Source of the DNA: Callorhinchus milii
Taxonomy: Eukaryota
Assembly: GCF_018977255.1 (NCBI RefSeq)
Contig: NW_024704743.1
Coordinates: forward strand, 90,894,001 to 90,958,000
Length of the DNA stretch: 64,000 nt
Direction of reading: 5' to 3'
In this document: piece by piece, positions 1 through 13,605 of the stretch
How the letters are laid out: each line of letters opens with the position of its first letter
How positions within the stretch are numbered: the first letter of the stretch is position 1
The notes under the pieces: generated by a model
Seen by the model: the letters and a program-made list of their open reading frames with translations, nothing else
The model's database searches: none
Told to the model about the DNA's origin: nothing
Made by a program: the position numbers and the translations under genes

Positions 1-443
1 AGGATAAGAGTTCCAGAGTGGGGGCTGAGATGCAGAAATTGCAATTATGTTGCATTTTTCACATCGCAATATAAATGCATATAAAAAGGACGTCCCCAAG
101 GCAGATCCAGGCAGCAGAACCCCCGGCGGGAACGCCTCTCTACTCCCATCTCAATGGAGGTGCAGAGGTTACTTCCACCACAACGGGGACTGGATTGTTC
201 TGTATTGTAATGTTTTTGTGTGGCGATGTCTTCGGGTGTATCTATTGTATACGTGTGCGTACAGCCGTGATTGGCAAGATTGCCCCTCGCAGGGTGCACG
301 CATGTAGTGTATGTAGTGTACACAGAGGAGTTCCTGCTGTATCTAAAGGCAGTGCCCCACAAATCAAACATGTCACTGATGAGTTATGTTTTCTTTTTCC
401 TGTCACGGGAACGTTTTTCTTTGGGACAAGTGTAAACATAAAT

Positions 444-774
444 TAATAATAATAATAATAATAATCCTTGCATTTGATATAGCGCTTTTCACGTCGGGAG
501 GACGTCCCAAAGCGCTTCACAGAACACACTGTAAAGTGAATTGACTGTATATTTGTGGGCGAACGCGGCAGCCAATTGCGCACAGCAATGTCCCACAAAC
601 AGTCGTAGATTGAAAATGACCAATTTAATTATTGTTTTTAGTTTTGGAGGGATTATTATTAGGCTCTGTGTGGAGTAAGGAAACTTGCCCAAGGTTTCGC
701 CCTCTGCCTGGAATTGAACTCAGGTCTCTCACTTGCAAAGCGAGTGCTCTAACCACTGAGCTACAGGACTCCAC
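444..774 (-). mobile_element. Full-length young tRNA-Ala-derived SINE (short variant), SINE2-1_CM/EshSINE-like
   Basis: Minus strand reads GTGGAGTCCTGTAGCTCAGTGGTTAGAGC (A box), TGC anticodon loop, GAGTTCAATTCC (B box), Deu-like body, L2-like tail and (ATT)n; near-identical to copies at 21294, 23420, 29132 and 52806. Confidence 0.92.
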
Positions 775-934
775 TAATTTATTTATTAATAAATATATAC
801 TTTGTTTAAAATAAACAGGGAATATCAGGAGGAAAATTGCTTCTCTCCCTACTTCCTACGTCTCTCTCCCCGCTCCCTCTAACTTCCTCCATCCCCCTCT
901 TCTCCCCTCTCTCTACATCTTCTTCCCCCCCCAG

Positions 935-1146
935 TCCCCTGTAATTCAGCCATTACGCCCCAAAACTCTGGAACCTCAATACTTCCACCTTGCCCTCTGC
1001 CTCCCCATCTTCAAATCCCACCGAAAGATCTTCCTTTTTGATTGTGCTTGCAGTCACCTATCTCTCCCCTTGGCTTGGACTCTGCCACTGTCAAGCCTCT
1101 GAGGTGCTACCCCACGTGAAGGATGCTATATGAATGCATGTTGTTG
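935..1146 (+). mobile_element. Old L2 3' fragment
   Basis: TTCAGCCATTACGCCCCAAAACTCTGGAAC (FSHYAPKLWN) followed by the tail CACGTGAAGGATGCTATATGAATGCATGTTGTTG. Confidence 0.7.
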
Positions 1147-1645
1147 GAAGAAGCCATAAAGGTTGTGAAAAGTGTTAGAAAATCTGCGCAATCCTCAGCT
1201 GGTTCCCAATATTAGTACAGTAGTAGAGACTCAACCTGGGGTGAACGCAGGACTCTTGACTCATTGCAGCACATGTGCTGTAGCAGTAGATGAAAATTAA
1301 ATTGTTAGTGAAACTCATGCATTGCTTCATTTTTCTAAATGGTTTCAGACCACATCCTATTTTAATGTGTAAGAATTTTTTTGCTGTACAATCATTTATC
1401 ATTTCCTGGCTGAAAATTCACTGGCCATTTTTTTTGTGGGATGTAGCACTGAACACCCAGTGTTATAGCCTCCCTCCTCCCCCCAAAAAGCTGTGTACTT
1501 TTCACTTTCTCATTGCTTCGTTTTCTGCACAGTGGCAGTGAATGGCAAAAATGTGGTACCAAAATGACTAAACTTCCTGCAGCTGAATGTGGAATCAAGA
1601 GCCATACTCTTTGGCTCCCATTAACATCTTCACTCCTACAGATCT

Positions 1646-2305
1646 AAACTCCTCAACCCAATCAGTATGCAATCTAGGCGTCCGGTTCGACCCCCAGCTG
1701 TCCTTCCTCCCCCACATCTGGTCTCTGACCAGGACAGCCTTCCTCCACCTCCGTCAGATTGCCCGCCTCCGACCACACCTTATCCCAAATGCAGCCAAAA
1801 CCATTGTGCATGTGTTTGTCACCTCCCACCTGGATTATTCAAATGAACTCCTCGCCAGTCTCCCCAGCTCCACTATTCACAAGATCCAGCTCATTCAGAA
1901 CACTGCCTGCCGCCTGCATACTGACCAAGACCAAACTCCGTACCCACATCTCACCAGTTCTGGCCAGGCTCCACTGGCTCCCCATCACCGAATGGATCGA
2001 CTCCTCAAGATCCTCACACTCGTTTTCAAATCCATTTACTCCCTGGCACCTCCCTACCTCTCCAACCTCCTCACTCCCCAATCCACCACCTCCGCTCGAC
2101 CAGCACCGACCTCCTGCACCCTCTGCTCCACCAATGGAGGTCGTACTTTCAGCCACTACGCCCCGAAACTTTGGAACACTCTCTCTCAATCCTCGTGCCT
2201 TGCACCCTCTTTCCCCTTTTGCAAGTCCCGCCTTAAAAGCTTCCTCTTCAACCATGCTTACAGTCACCTCCCCTCCCCCCGCAACCACCCCCAACCCCAG
2301 CTCGG
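1646..2305 (+). mobile_element. L2 LINE, 5'-truncated ORF2 C-terminal fragment (pseudogenised)
   Basis: Translations NLGVRFDPQLSF, HVFVTSHLDYSN, HISPVLARLHWLP and APKLWN are typical of the L2 ORF2 C-terminus; frameshifted. Confidence 0.9.
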
Positions 2306-3169
2306 AGAATGAAAGAAAATTGATAGTGCATTTATTCAAGCGCAATATATAATGTCTGTGTATCTAGACTATACACATACGAATGCAATCAGTGTTGTTT
2401 CTGAAATGCATTATATACATACGGGTGCATATAAACCTAAATTAGATGTGATAAACCTTTTTCAAGTCCCATCTGAAAACTTTCCTTTTCTACCGTGCTT
2501 GCGGTCACCTCCCTACCGCCCTGGCTTGGAGTCAGGCTCCACCATTGTTAAGCTCTCTGAGCCATTGCCTTGCATGGAGGGCACTAAATAAGAACAAGTT
2601 GTTGTTGTTATACCAATTGAGATTCAATCCATGTAGATTTGTTTCTTTTTTTAAGGAATGGATGGCACCTTTTCTCTCCCCACCACTGCTGTCTTCTATG
2701 TGGGGAAGGGAAGTCTAGTAGTTTTTCCAGCTGCTTTGAATCAGTCGACAGGAGGTGCAACTTTTTCTTCCCCTTATACAGGCTTTCCATCTGGGAGTTA
2801 AATGAGGACCAGTAAAAGTTGCCCAGTGGGAATATTAAAGTTTAAACAACAGTGAGAGTTGTAATTCAAACCTACATCAATAGTGTGAGTGCAGTGGCTA
2901 TACAGTTCGAGTTACTATGCAGTCATAGAATTTTTCATATTTGTAATTCATATATATTGTCTTTTGTTTATTTTTCTCTTGATAATTTATGTAAAAGTGA
3001 TGGTAAAATTGTTTCAAATTTACAGCTGGTCTGAATTAAGTACATTGAGGTCAAATTAATTCCCGCTCAGATACATTTTCAGCATTTTGGCAGAACAGTA
3101 CAAAAAGATTTAGAGCATTATTTTTAAGTAAAACAAAATAATTAAACAAAAGATTCATCACCTCCCTTT

Positions 3170-3897
3170 TCCCTCTGCTGTTAGCTGATCTCAATTACAG
3201 GCAGTACAATTAGTCTGGTTAAGAAGACGGAAATGAGTCGGGGGTTGTGATCCAGAGCACTGTCCAATTGATCTTGACTGCAAACAACAGGTAAGTAGAC
3301 ATTAGGTTGAGAAAACAATTTATTGTAATAATAATCCTCATCACATTGTCGACACGTCTCAAAACAGTTTGCAGGATTTTATCGTGAAGTTTATTGACTA
3401 ATTATTGAAGTTTATTGACTACAGAAGTCCTGTAGCTCAGTGATTAGAGCACTCGCTTTGCAAGTGAGAGACCTGGGTTTGATTCCCGGCAGGGTGAAAC
3501 TTTGGGCAAGTTTCTTTACTCCACACACCTGATAATAATCCCTCAAAACAAACAATAATAAATTGGTCATTTTAATCCAGGACTGTTTGTGAGACACTGC
3601 TGTGCGCAATTGGCTGCCGCGTTTCGCCCACAAACATACAGCCAATTCACTTTACAGTCTATTCTGTGAAGCGCTTTGAGACGTGTAGAAGACGTGGAAA
3701 GCGCTATATCAAATGCAAGGATTATTATTATTTTTAGGCAAATATGAATTTGCCTCAGTTGAACAGCTTCAGTTCATTGCATAGGCTGACCACAATAAGA
3801 ATGACCAGATGAAGTAAGGTATCCATATACCCTCAGTGTCTGTGGAACTGTATCTTGGTATGATTCATCATCTTCAGGATAAGAGGGGGAAAAACAA
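3170..3897 (+). mobile_element. Ancient SINE (AmnSINE2-like), interrupted by a young SINE
   Basis: TTAGCTGATCTC...TACAATT before the insertion and GTGGAACTGTATC...CTTCAGGA after it; homologous to 7530, 23255 and 40520; family name recalled from memory. Confidence 0.45.
3424..3731 (+). mobile_element. Young tRNA-Ala SINE, full length
   Basis: A/B boxes, body, AAATGCAAGG(ATT)n tail. Confidence 0.9.
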
Positions 3898-4054
3898 GGA
3901 ATTTTTTTTAAGGACTACTAAAATCAACTGTTTTCCAAATTCTGCACACTGAAATCCAAGACTAGGGAGAGGAGAAATAAACAACAACCAGAGTTTCCAG
4001 TGCTATCTTATGACCCTCTCCTTGACTCCCCTCACTCCACCCCAACTACACACA

Positions 4055-4200
4055 GTGGAGTCCTGTAGTGTAGTGGTTAGAGCACTTCAATTGAAAGCGA
4101 GAGGACTCGGGTTCGATTCTTGGGTAGGGAGAAACGTTGTACATTTCCTTACTCCACACACCTCTGTTTACCTAGCAGTAAGTAAGAACCTGGTTATTTG
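4055..4200 (+). mobile_element. tRNA SINE long variant, 5' half
   Basis: tRNA head plus the long-variant insert CTCTGTTTACCTAGCAGTAAGTAAGAACCTGG. Confidence 0.8.
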
Positions 4201-4398
4201 CCGGTCTCAAGACCTTTATCTTTGGCCGTGCCTTCAGCTCCCCTCTCGACTCTCTACCCCCTCCTCGCTCCCTCCCTTCCCTCCCCTCACCCTGACCATT
4301 TCCCCCCTGCTCGGTTCCTGACCCAACTGTACAGCGCCTTGGGACGTCCTCCTGACGTGAAAGGCGCTCTATAAATGGAATCTTGTTGTTGTTGTTGT
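4201..4398 (+). mobile_element. Young L2 3' end
   Basis: AGCGCCTTGGGACGTCCTCCTGACGTGAAAGGCGCTCTATAAATGGAATC(TTG)n; near-identical to copies at 49301 and 56784. Confidence 0.9.
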
Positions 4399-5159
4399 CG
4401 AAAGCTGCTGAAAGCTATGGAATCGTAGCCTAGTAAGTAACTTTCACAAACGAAAGTGTTGAAAACAAAAGAAATACAGTAGGGTGTGTTGGGCGTTCCA
4501 ATGTCCTGAACTTCAGTGATGAGACTCATAATTGCATCCTTTATGCTTGATGAATGGTAATTTCCCAATATACTCACCCACAAAAATGCAGTCAAACCAT
4601 TTTACAGTATATGCTTTAAAGCATTATATCAAATGGAAAGATTATAAGAATTATAATCCAAATCCCCAATTGGAAGGACATTAAGATCAGTAGGCAAGCT
4701 TTCAAAAAAAATGCACAGAAAGTCCAGGTATCATTGGTGTCTCAGCCAGAATGTGTCAATGCAAACAAAGCACCCTGATAGGCAGCACCCTCCAGTTTCT
4801 CTATTTTAATACAATGGAACAATTTTCAATTTTTGTTCTGTAGTTTTGGAGGCTTGAGTATTGATAATGAATAAAAACAAGCTTGAAAATATAGAGATAG
4901 GAAGGATAGGGGGGTATTGGTGTGGTGAGGTTTTCTCTGGAGTTAGCTTCAGTAATGTGTGCCTGCCAGTTTTCAGGAAATCAGGGGCAACACTGGTGGG
5001 TAACCAGCCTGTGTGACTCATCAATGAAACTTAAGAGGTGAGACAAATATTCCACCACATGGACATCCCTGGTGAGCACTATCACATCTACTTTGTGGTT
5101 AGCCTTTTATGTAACCACCTATAATGCAGTGAGTTTAGTATTAGTTGTTTGGTTTATAC

Positions 5160-5320
5160 CAGCGGTGGCTAACCTTTGGCCTGTGGGGTCGTCTGTATTC
5201 CATCGGTAGTGTGTTTTCCATTTCTTGTGGTTGAATATTTCTTGATATATGGCATAATCAAGAAATAGTCAATCAAGAAAATTTATTTTGTTGGCCAACA
5301 GTAAAGGTTGGCGACCACTG
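5160..5320 (-). mobile_element. hAT-type MITE with internal hairpin
   Basis: Imperfect TIRs CAGCGGTGGCTAACCT / AGGTTGGCGACCACTG; homologous to 7035 and 15559. Confidence 0.75.
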
Positions 5321-5920
5321 GTTTTGCAATACTATTTCATAGCTACATTTTCACAAGTGTATTTCACAGTTGAAGCGTCTATTCTCGCCACTGTAAAGTT
5401 GTCCCAGATATTATTCTATTTAAAAGGCACTATATAAATGCAAATTGTTATCTTTCGCAAAGATGCTCTTTTAACATAATATAGTGATATTATGAATATC
5501 CTGATATTTGTTATGAAATGTTATAAAATGTTAACACTCATTAATTTAATGATTTACCTGAATGAGAAAATTAGTAATGAGAAAAAATGTTCCACAGTAC
5601 ATTTTGTTATGAACATTGCATTATAATCTCTGAAAACAAATATATCCCTTGCTGTCAGTGAAATTGCTAAACCATGTTTTATGGATTAAAATATGTGAAA
5701 TGCTGCAGTTGTACTGAATAACTTAATTGAGTCTACAGTTAATTTACTAAATTGGTAGATTTTTCAACCTGCAGAAAAATGTTTCCAACATGGTTAATAT
5801 TGGGTATGCAATTTATGAAGTTACTGAATAGTGATGAAGAACATGTATCCTGACTGATTTCTCCCCCAGCCAAGGAGTGCATAAGTAAACGACAGTCCCC
5901 AAATGGCTGTTCTGGCTAAA

Positions 5921-6025
5921 ATAATAATAATCCTTGCATGTGATATAGCACCTTATCATGTCTTCAAGATGTCTGAAAGCACTTCACAGAATATACTGTA
6001 AAGTGAATTGATTGTATATTCTGTG
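5921..6025 (-). mobile_element. SINE 3' tail fragment
   Basis: AATAATAATCCTTGCAT...GCACTTCACAGAATATACTGTAAAGTGAATTG. Confidence 0.8.
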
Positions 6026-7034
6026 TATTGTATATATTGTATATTTACTGTATAAAGATCAACTAATCTTTCACTTTTTACATTATGTTCTATATGTTCC
6101 TTGCCCCTCCCCCACCCCCAGTAATTCTGTGCTGTGTGATATTTCCAACTGAAAGGGCGCAGAGCTGACTCATTTTAGGGCTTCTAATTTTGCTTTGAAC
6201 CGGCCACCATGAATTGCACAAGAAAGGAACAGGTCAATTTGTCCTGAAAGAGAGAAGACAATAGGGTCAATTTATCACATTCAATGTATCCAGATGTGCA
6301 AGAAGATAGGCCCCTGGTGTTGCTCTCAGTAGTGATATTCTTGAAGGTGGATCTGTGACATTGGACTTCCGGTTCGACGAATGAGTGTAACACTAAAATG
6401 TAAATATAGAAATTCCAACAAATATTGGAATAAGTTCCAATATTTCTGGATATAATTGCTTATCTACTTGGAAAACCAAAAAGAATGGAAAGATGGATAG
6501 TTACACTTGGTAGTTTGCTGACAAACAAAATAAGGAAAGACAATTAACTCTGTATAAAATACCAGGACAAAGATGTCACTGAAGGTTTTATTGTTTGGTA
6601 AACTACCACTCACAATTTATTTTTCCAATAGATGGATTGTGTCCTTAGATGTGGGATTGACGAGTGTTTCCAGCAGTAATTCAAAACCACTGCTGGGACC
6701 ACCACACATGCACAAAAATAAATAAATCACAATATGCCTCCTGGTAGGGTGGCTCTACTGTTGTGAATCACTATAAAAGAATCTTAGTGGATCCTGTTGA
6801 TAACAAGCACAGTGTCTGTGTTCCACTGTTGGTGGGCTTGCTTTAACTTGTGCCCCCTACCCCCACACAATTCTTATTGCTGTTTGCCTTTGCTGGTCCT
6901 GACCCCTGGTGTCAGAAGTAGGAAACCTCAAACTCAAAGAAGGACTTTCAAGGAAGAGAGAATGCGTAGGGCAGGAAAGTATAAGGCAGAGCCTGAAATA
7001 TTCTACAACAATGACTATTTACATTTATATAGAG

Positions 7035-7238
7035 CATTGGTGGCCAACTTTTTTGGTCGGCCAACCAAATAATTTTTTCTTGATTGAATATCTCTTGATT
7101 TATGGCCACACCATATAAATCACTACTCAGTAGCTACTGGAAACAAAATATTGATTTAACACAGACTGACCTAGGCTAGTGCGAATGTTCGGCGAGCCAC
7201 TTCTTGACACTCTGCGGGCCATGGGTTGGCCGGTACTG
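7035..7238 (+). mobile_element. hAT-type MITE with 8-bp TSD
   Basis: TIRs CATTGGTGGCCAAC / GTTGGCCGGTACTG; flanks ATATAGAG (7027-7034) and ATACAGAG (7239-7246). Confidence 0.82.
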
Positions 7239-7529
7239 ATACAGAGCCTTTCATGTCGAGAGGCTGTCTCAAAGCATCTCTACAGTACTAGGAATTGGGA
7301 GTAATAGAAGGAAACCTGTTTTATTTTTCTAGTGTCACAATCTTGTGCCATTAGGAAGATGAACAATTTAACAGGGAGGAAATGTTTGTTTCCCATGTCC
7401 TTTACTTTGATCCAAAAGACAGTATATGGAGGAATGCTAAAGAATCTTTTTTAAAGTCTTTTGTCTGGCTCACCCAATGACATGGTGGTTAAAGGCACCG
7501 CCTGGTGTTAAAATAAATTGTTCAGGCCA

Positions 7530-7890
7530 AAAGGTCACAGTCAGAATTCCTGGTATGTGCTGAGTTAGCTGATTTCAGCAGAGGCCGTTTTTAAGGTGTT
7601 ACAATTGGCTTTATCTCCTCTTCATTAGAAAAGTGGAGAAAACATCAGCCAAGGTTTCTGCTCCTGATCACTGTCCAATTTCTCCTGCTGAAAAATATAT
7701 GCGTACATTTTAGCAGAATGCAGCTTTCAACTTGAATCCCTTCACAGTTAAACAGTCATCATTTAATCTACTAACTCTTGCTATCTTGACCCACATATGA
7801 AGAACAGCAGCCACTGGGCTGAAGAACAGCAGACATGGAACCATACCCAAGCATTAGTCAGTACTTTCAGGAAAGGAGAAGACAAGATAA
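7530..7890 (+). mobile_element. Ancient SINE (AmnSINE2-like)
   Basis: GTGCTGAGTTAGCTGATTTCAGC, TACAATTGGC, CAGCCAAGGTTTCTGCTCCTGATC, ATGAAGAAC and TGGAACCATACCC in collinear order with the other copies. Confidence 0.55.
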
Positions 7891-7939
7891 TGCATTTTAT
7901 TTATACTGAATATGATTCTATGGTGGGACCATTCATTAG

Positions 7940-8072
7940 CCATTTGAAGTACAGTGCCTCTCGCAATGCAGCACTAACTCAGTACCGCACAGATGTTGAT
8001 GAGCTCAATACCTGATATGGGACTTGAACCCATAATCACCCAGCCCAGAGACGAGAGTGCTAGCAGGCTGAC
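7940..8072 (-). mobile_element. Old Deu-domain SINE head (SacSINE1-like)
   Basis: GGACTTGAACCCATAA...CAGAGACGAGAGTGCTA (reverse-strand tRNA head). Confidence 0.6.
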
Positions 8073-11000
8073 AACTATAATGTACGATTGTATGACTCTG
8101 GCATCCTGGACTCCAGAGCTCCTGAGAAATGCAACATAAAAGCAATTGAAAAGACCGCTCGGGTTTCCTGTCTGATAGTGCAGAACATGTTGGGCCTCAT
8201 AATCTGGATCCACTGAGTCAGACATGTAGCCAGTATTCCCATGGACACTTCCCTGATAAACATTTCATATAGGAGTGTTAAACCCCTATATTTATTACTT
8301 TCCCACTATTGTATTCTTGCACCCGATTTTATAACTTTACTTCCAATTGTAAACAATTGAGAAATATCCAAGAACTTCTAAACTAAATACCATAATTTTG
8401 CACCATTTATATTAAGTTAGATATACAAGTTATAAATCTACATATTCGTTGAGGTTATTGCCAAAGATGGTGGTGAACAGATGTGGGTGGGGGGAAATGT
8501 TTAAATGCAAATCATTTCAAATCTTACTCGAATAAAAGTGGGAAAGACAGGTGAAGGTTCGTGCTCAAACTGCAAGTTTCAGAATTAAAAGTGTCGATGT
8601 GGTTCAGGTTCAGTTTAGTGCATGTAAAGTATATCATGGTATGAATTATAAACATGCTGGGCTCTCACTGACTGTATGGGTGAGATATTCTGCTTGCCAT
8701 TACATGCAGAGACTTTGCGATTTGTGCATGTAGTTTAACACCTGCAAAGATATGTTTATTTGCATCAGTTTACTAGAATTAGTGTTTCAAACAAAAAAGA
8801 TTGATATAAGCACCAACCATTCCACATTCCTTTATTCTAAACTACTATGCCCCTGAAAGAGTTTCATTGTGTACCCTATATGCTGTCAGGCGTGGAGCTA
8901 TATGATACAATTAATAAACTAGTACTTGTCCAGGCTTTCTCGGAGAGCAGAGACAGTGGTGAGGTTCTTTCCTGTGGATGAGGGGCAAGTTGTTGTCCAA
9001 CACTCTTACACATGTCCGAATAGCCAATTTACAGGACACTACTGTGAGTCTGTTTCCTGCTTTCCTGCCAGTATAGTATATATCAATGAACACTTCAAGA
9101 GCGAGAAATAAAAGGTGAGGTTGAGGTTAAAAAATGTTTCACCTGTCTTTCTTGTCATTTGCAGCAATAGAGGACTACTAGAGGCCTTTCAATTACACCT
9201 TTGAATATCCTTGGCTTCAATTATGTATTTCTTCTTCTGGAAATTTACAATTGTTTATTTATGACAGATGCCTTCAGGTAAGATCTGGTGAGTTCGAAAC
9301 CTCGCCTACCAGTTTCTGGTGCATGGAAATGAACTGCATGTGATTAATTCAACAAACATTGTATTGAAATGTCAATGAAACCATGATTGCGACAGTGGCA
9401 TTTCCAAGAAGAATGATTAATTTGATCATATCATCTTTTGTTTGTTCATGCTGAGATCCCAGCAGTTTAAAGGCAAATTCCAAGAAGTACTCTTACTTCA
9501 CTTCTGTTTGCACTGGAGATTTGCAGCAACTGCACTAATCAAACAGCTTGTCAGGTCTACAAGACCAGTAATACATTTCAAATAATATTCCACTTTATTG
9601 AAGTAAAGTAGTTAACACTTTTACTGTAATACTATAATGTGTAATACCACAGAGTGAAAAGAACTGCTCCAGAATTTTTTCCTGCAAGCTTAAACCGTAG
9701 ATTAATGCTGTGTGCCAGCACCTTGGGACATCCTTCCGATGTGAAAGGAACTATCAAATGTAATTTGTTGTTGTTGTGTGCGTTTCCAACTTTATTTCAG
9801 TTGTTACTCGTTACATGCTGGGGTTTGTGTCAACATGGTAGTGCTGGTGCAAAGCCATTCTGGGGTAATCTGGGGACATTAAATTGAATTAGCTGACCCA
9901 CAAAAAGCAAAAAAGTCAAATGATACATTTTACACATCGCAGTTCCAACCAGCACCATGGATTTTAAATATTATAGACATGTCATTTGTGACATTTCATA
10001 ACTGATTTGCTGTGATTATCACATTGAATATGCAATGAATTGTCATAACTGTGTATTTGTTGGTGAACAAGGCAGCTAATTTATACACACCAATGTCCCA
10101 CAAAGAACCATGAGGTGAATGACTATTTTTTGTTAAATCTTGAGGATAATTGGTTAGGACATTGGGAGAAACTGAGGTCCAATCAGCCTGTACAGGTGGA
10201 TGTTAAAGATCCCATGGCACTATTCAAAAAGGGAAGGGAGTTTCTCCCGTGTCTGGCCAACAATCTTCCAAATGCTGTCTGTGGAACGTTGCTGTGTGCA
10301 AAGGGGCTGCCTACAAATACACAATCACTTTGAGATGTCCAAATGCAAAGATTATTTTTATGATTTTAATTTTTATATTTCCCTTAATATTCTTACTCTC
10401 CTAGAATCAATATTTTGAATGTTTCACTAGACTGTAACAATAGTTTTCTGATAGAGTGTTATATCATGTTATATAATACAATACTGTAACATAACGGTGT
10501 AATTACACAGTGAATTCTGTTAATTAAATAAACTTTTCCAGTGTTCTGTACCATCCTAAATGATTAAATAATTTGTGTGTCTCATTTGTCTCATTTAGTT
10601 TGCTAGTTTTCTTTTGGTGATTTTTTTAATACAATTGTTATCAGTTTTATATTTCCACTCAATCTTTCACCTCTTCTGTTTTGTGTCTTTGCAGATTGTG
10701 TAAATAGTTGCATTGTAGATTTGTGTCCTCAGAATGCCCCCCTGCTACATCTCCCTTCACATTCTGTACCCATATGAGATTCCACATTAAATTATGCATA
10801 TATATTTATATATGCAGATCTACTTGCCTCTAGGCATGTGCGCAGGTTTTTCCAGTTCTGTATTCAAGTACAATAGTTAACCAGTGTTGGTCATGGAAAG
10901 AGGACTTAGAATTGTAACAACATAATTTTCTTCCGTAAAAATGTTCAAGTGAGCAGCCTAATCCCCCCTCTGTTGAATCACTACTTTTCCTGTGATGTTC

Positions 11001-11254
11001 CTAACATAACCAATATGGGGTTTTAATCTCGAGGCCTTCATTTAATTTTCTCTCTATTTTTTGATATATCTCCCCGAGGTCTACCAATAACTTTCAAACT
11101 AAAATGGCATATTCAAAAAAAAGCAATCTAATTTCTTAAGATGCTGCATGGCTTGTATTTTACTCCTCTAGGGTTGGATGATGTTAGTACCATATCAATT
11201 GATATGGTTTGTGTAAAACATAGACTTTATTCCTCCTCAATTCTGCCCTCTCTT

Positions 11255-11650
11255 CTTCTGAAGGTTTCTTGATTTCTTTTTTCCCCTTCTACTGGGCATA
11301 TGGTTCATTGGGTACATTGGATTTTGATGACAGAGGCAACAATAATAATTTGCTTTGATATAGAGCCCTTCACACGGTATGGTGTCTCAGAGTGATTAAC
11401 AGTGGCGGAGCTTGATGCTGAGCCGGGAAGAGGGGGGAGGTGACCGTAGGCATGGTTGAAAAGGAAGGTTTTCAGATAAACTCCAGCAGATTTTATCCTC
11501 TTTAAACTGGGACACTGACATCAATTGTCATCCCTCCATTTCTGCTCCAATTGAGATTAGCTAAATCAGTATAGACTGAAGACTAAACATGGAGCCTTTG
11601 TGGTCTGTATGCCTCAGATACTGACTAAATATGCTAAATGACTGGGGGGA
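11255..11650 (-). mobile_element. Ancient AmnSINE2-like SINE interrupted by an L2 tail (about 11338-11475)
   Basis: GAGATTAGCTAAATCAGTATAGAC...GGTCTGTATGCCTCAG is the reverse of the family head. Confidence 0.45.
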
Positions 11651-13489
11651 AAACTGATTTGCAGACTTAATGGATCAGTTATTATGATGCACAGATTTGT
11701 CAATTGCTTATTTTTATCTGCAATCTGTGGAAATCATGATCCTTCTATAATCCTTCCCCGGGTATAATCCTGATTCTAACAGAACATTTCTTGGCAAATG
11801 TATTACAGTTATTAAGATTCTGGCACACTGAAGCCAGATGGTCGGACATGCTGTAACCAGTATTTGTCTATAATACTTTTCTAGCCACTATGTAACTGAT
11901 TTCTATGTTTTATAACAAATTCAAAATAGTGGTAATTGACATGGAAAATATAACACCGTGTTGAAATAAAAACTATTTTCATTGTTCTCCACTATCCTTC
12001 CTGGTTGCAGCAACTTTTAAAACATGAGTTACATGGTGGAATATTCCTATCATTGGCTTCCTTCCCTCCTTCTCCTAAAGGAAATGACTCATGTTAGGGT
12101 GCAATTGCATAGTAATCCACTTAGCAGGCTATTTTCCATGTGTGAGTCCACAGTGTGGGTGTTGTGGATTTTTGATGATGGGGGTGGGAGATTGCAAAAG
12201 CTGATTCTGTCCTTATCCAATATCCATATCCACCAACTCATTTGGGATCTTTGGATTGTCATCTGGTTTAACCTCTTCTCAGCTTAAAAACTATGTGGTT
12301 GAACTTTCTTTCAATACAGTAAGTGACATAATTTGGAGAGTTCAATACATCAAATCCTGTTAACATACATGCGAAATTTTGGGTAAAAAAAATAAGGTGG
12401 CACCATAAACCTTTAAATGATACACATTAACTGGTAATGGTTCATCCATAGTGATAAGAAAAAAAACACTCCAACCCTCCTGCAGTTGCTGTTTTTTTAT
12501 TAAAAACAATAGTACTAGTTGTAGAAACCTTGAAAATAAATGCTAGGATGAGTGAGGTGGAACCTGGGAATAATTTAAAAATAGCAATTTTGACAACATC
12601 TTTTTTGAGAAGAGAACTTTACGTTATACCTGAACAAAATCAATCTCAACTGGTCAATGTCAATATTTTGTCTATCACTTAGTACGCTAGGGCTTTTAAT
12701 GTATTACATAATGCAAATGTCTGTTATTACCTTTCCATAGTATCCTAATTCATTAAAAAGCAATACGTTTGCTTCAAATCCCTTCAAAAAATAATAATAA
12801 TTTGGTCACTCAACCCACAACTGATTGTGCGCAATTAGCTGCTGGATTTGGCCCACAAAATAGTCTGCCTCTGTTAAGCACTCTGAGACACTACCCTGCA
12901 TGGACGGCGCTATATAAGTGCAAGTTGTTGTTGTTGTTTATAGGACAGTATATTCTGTGAAGGGCTTTGAGACATATCAATGATGAAATAAGGTTCTATG
13001 TTAAATGCAAGGATTATTATTCTAGTAATTTTGTAACAGTGAACCAAGGTGTGTACAAATGTATTCAGTATTACTGCAGTCACTGAACGAACATTGGGGA
13101 GAAGTTTGGACTTGCAACATTTCATGTAGCACATAGTTTATATATTTCAACAAGCACAGATCAAGATATCTTCTTGTGTGAATAGATCAATGACAGCACG
13201 ATCCTGAGATAAAAGACTGCCAACGTAACAGAAAAATTCCAGAAACTGCAAGACTTGCATCAAGAAAGGGGAACAAGCAACAAGCTGCAGGTTTCTTTCC
13301 AGTATGTGACGTGGTGAAGGGCAGCTGGGATGAAGCCAACTGAAAAGGCACTGGATGAAGAAGCAAGAAAATAACCATTGAGACAGCAAGCAAACAAATG
13401 TTTGAAGGCAAATAAATTATTTCTACGTATATAAAAACCTAAAACATAAAATGTGGATTATTTTTAAAGTAAATTGATTTTAAGAAGTC

Positions 13490-13605
13490 AATAATAATAA
13501 TCCTTGCATTGGGTATAGTGCCTTATCACATTGATGAGATGTCTCAAAGCGCTTCACAGAATATTTTGTAAAGTGGATTGACTGTGAATTTTGCGGGCGA
13601 AAACA
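13490..13605 (-). mobile_element. SINE 3' fragment
   Basis: (AAT)n CCTTGCATT...AAAGCGCTTCACAGA. Confidence 0.8.

Noticed and set aside
47..446. Overlapping ORFs at the window start
   Set aside because: No recognisable domain or clear splice sites; could belong to a feature upstream of the window but unsupported here
489..814. Recurrent ORFs (MGKFPYSTQ..., MTVYLWANAAANC...) suggesting a small gene family
   Set aside because: They are translations of the repeated SINE on both strands
6200..6247. GCCACCATG Kozak match
   Set aside because: Encodes only 12 aa with no good splice donor or promoter context
13147..13420. Purine-rich coding-like stretch (…FQKLQDLHQERG…)
   Set aside because: In-frame stops in the plus frames and no recognisable homology
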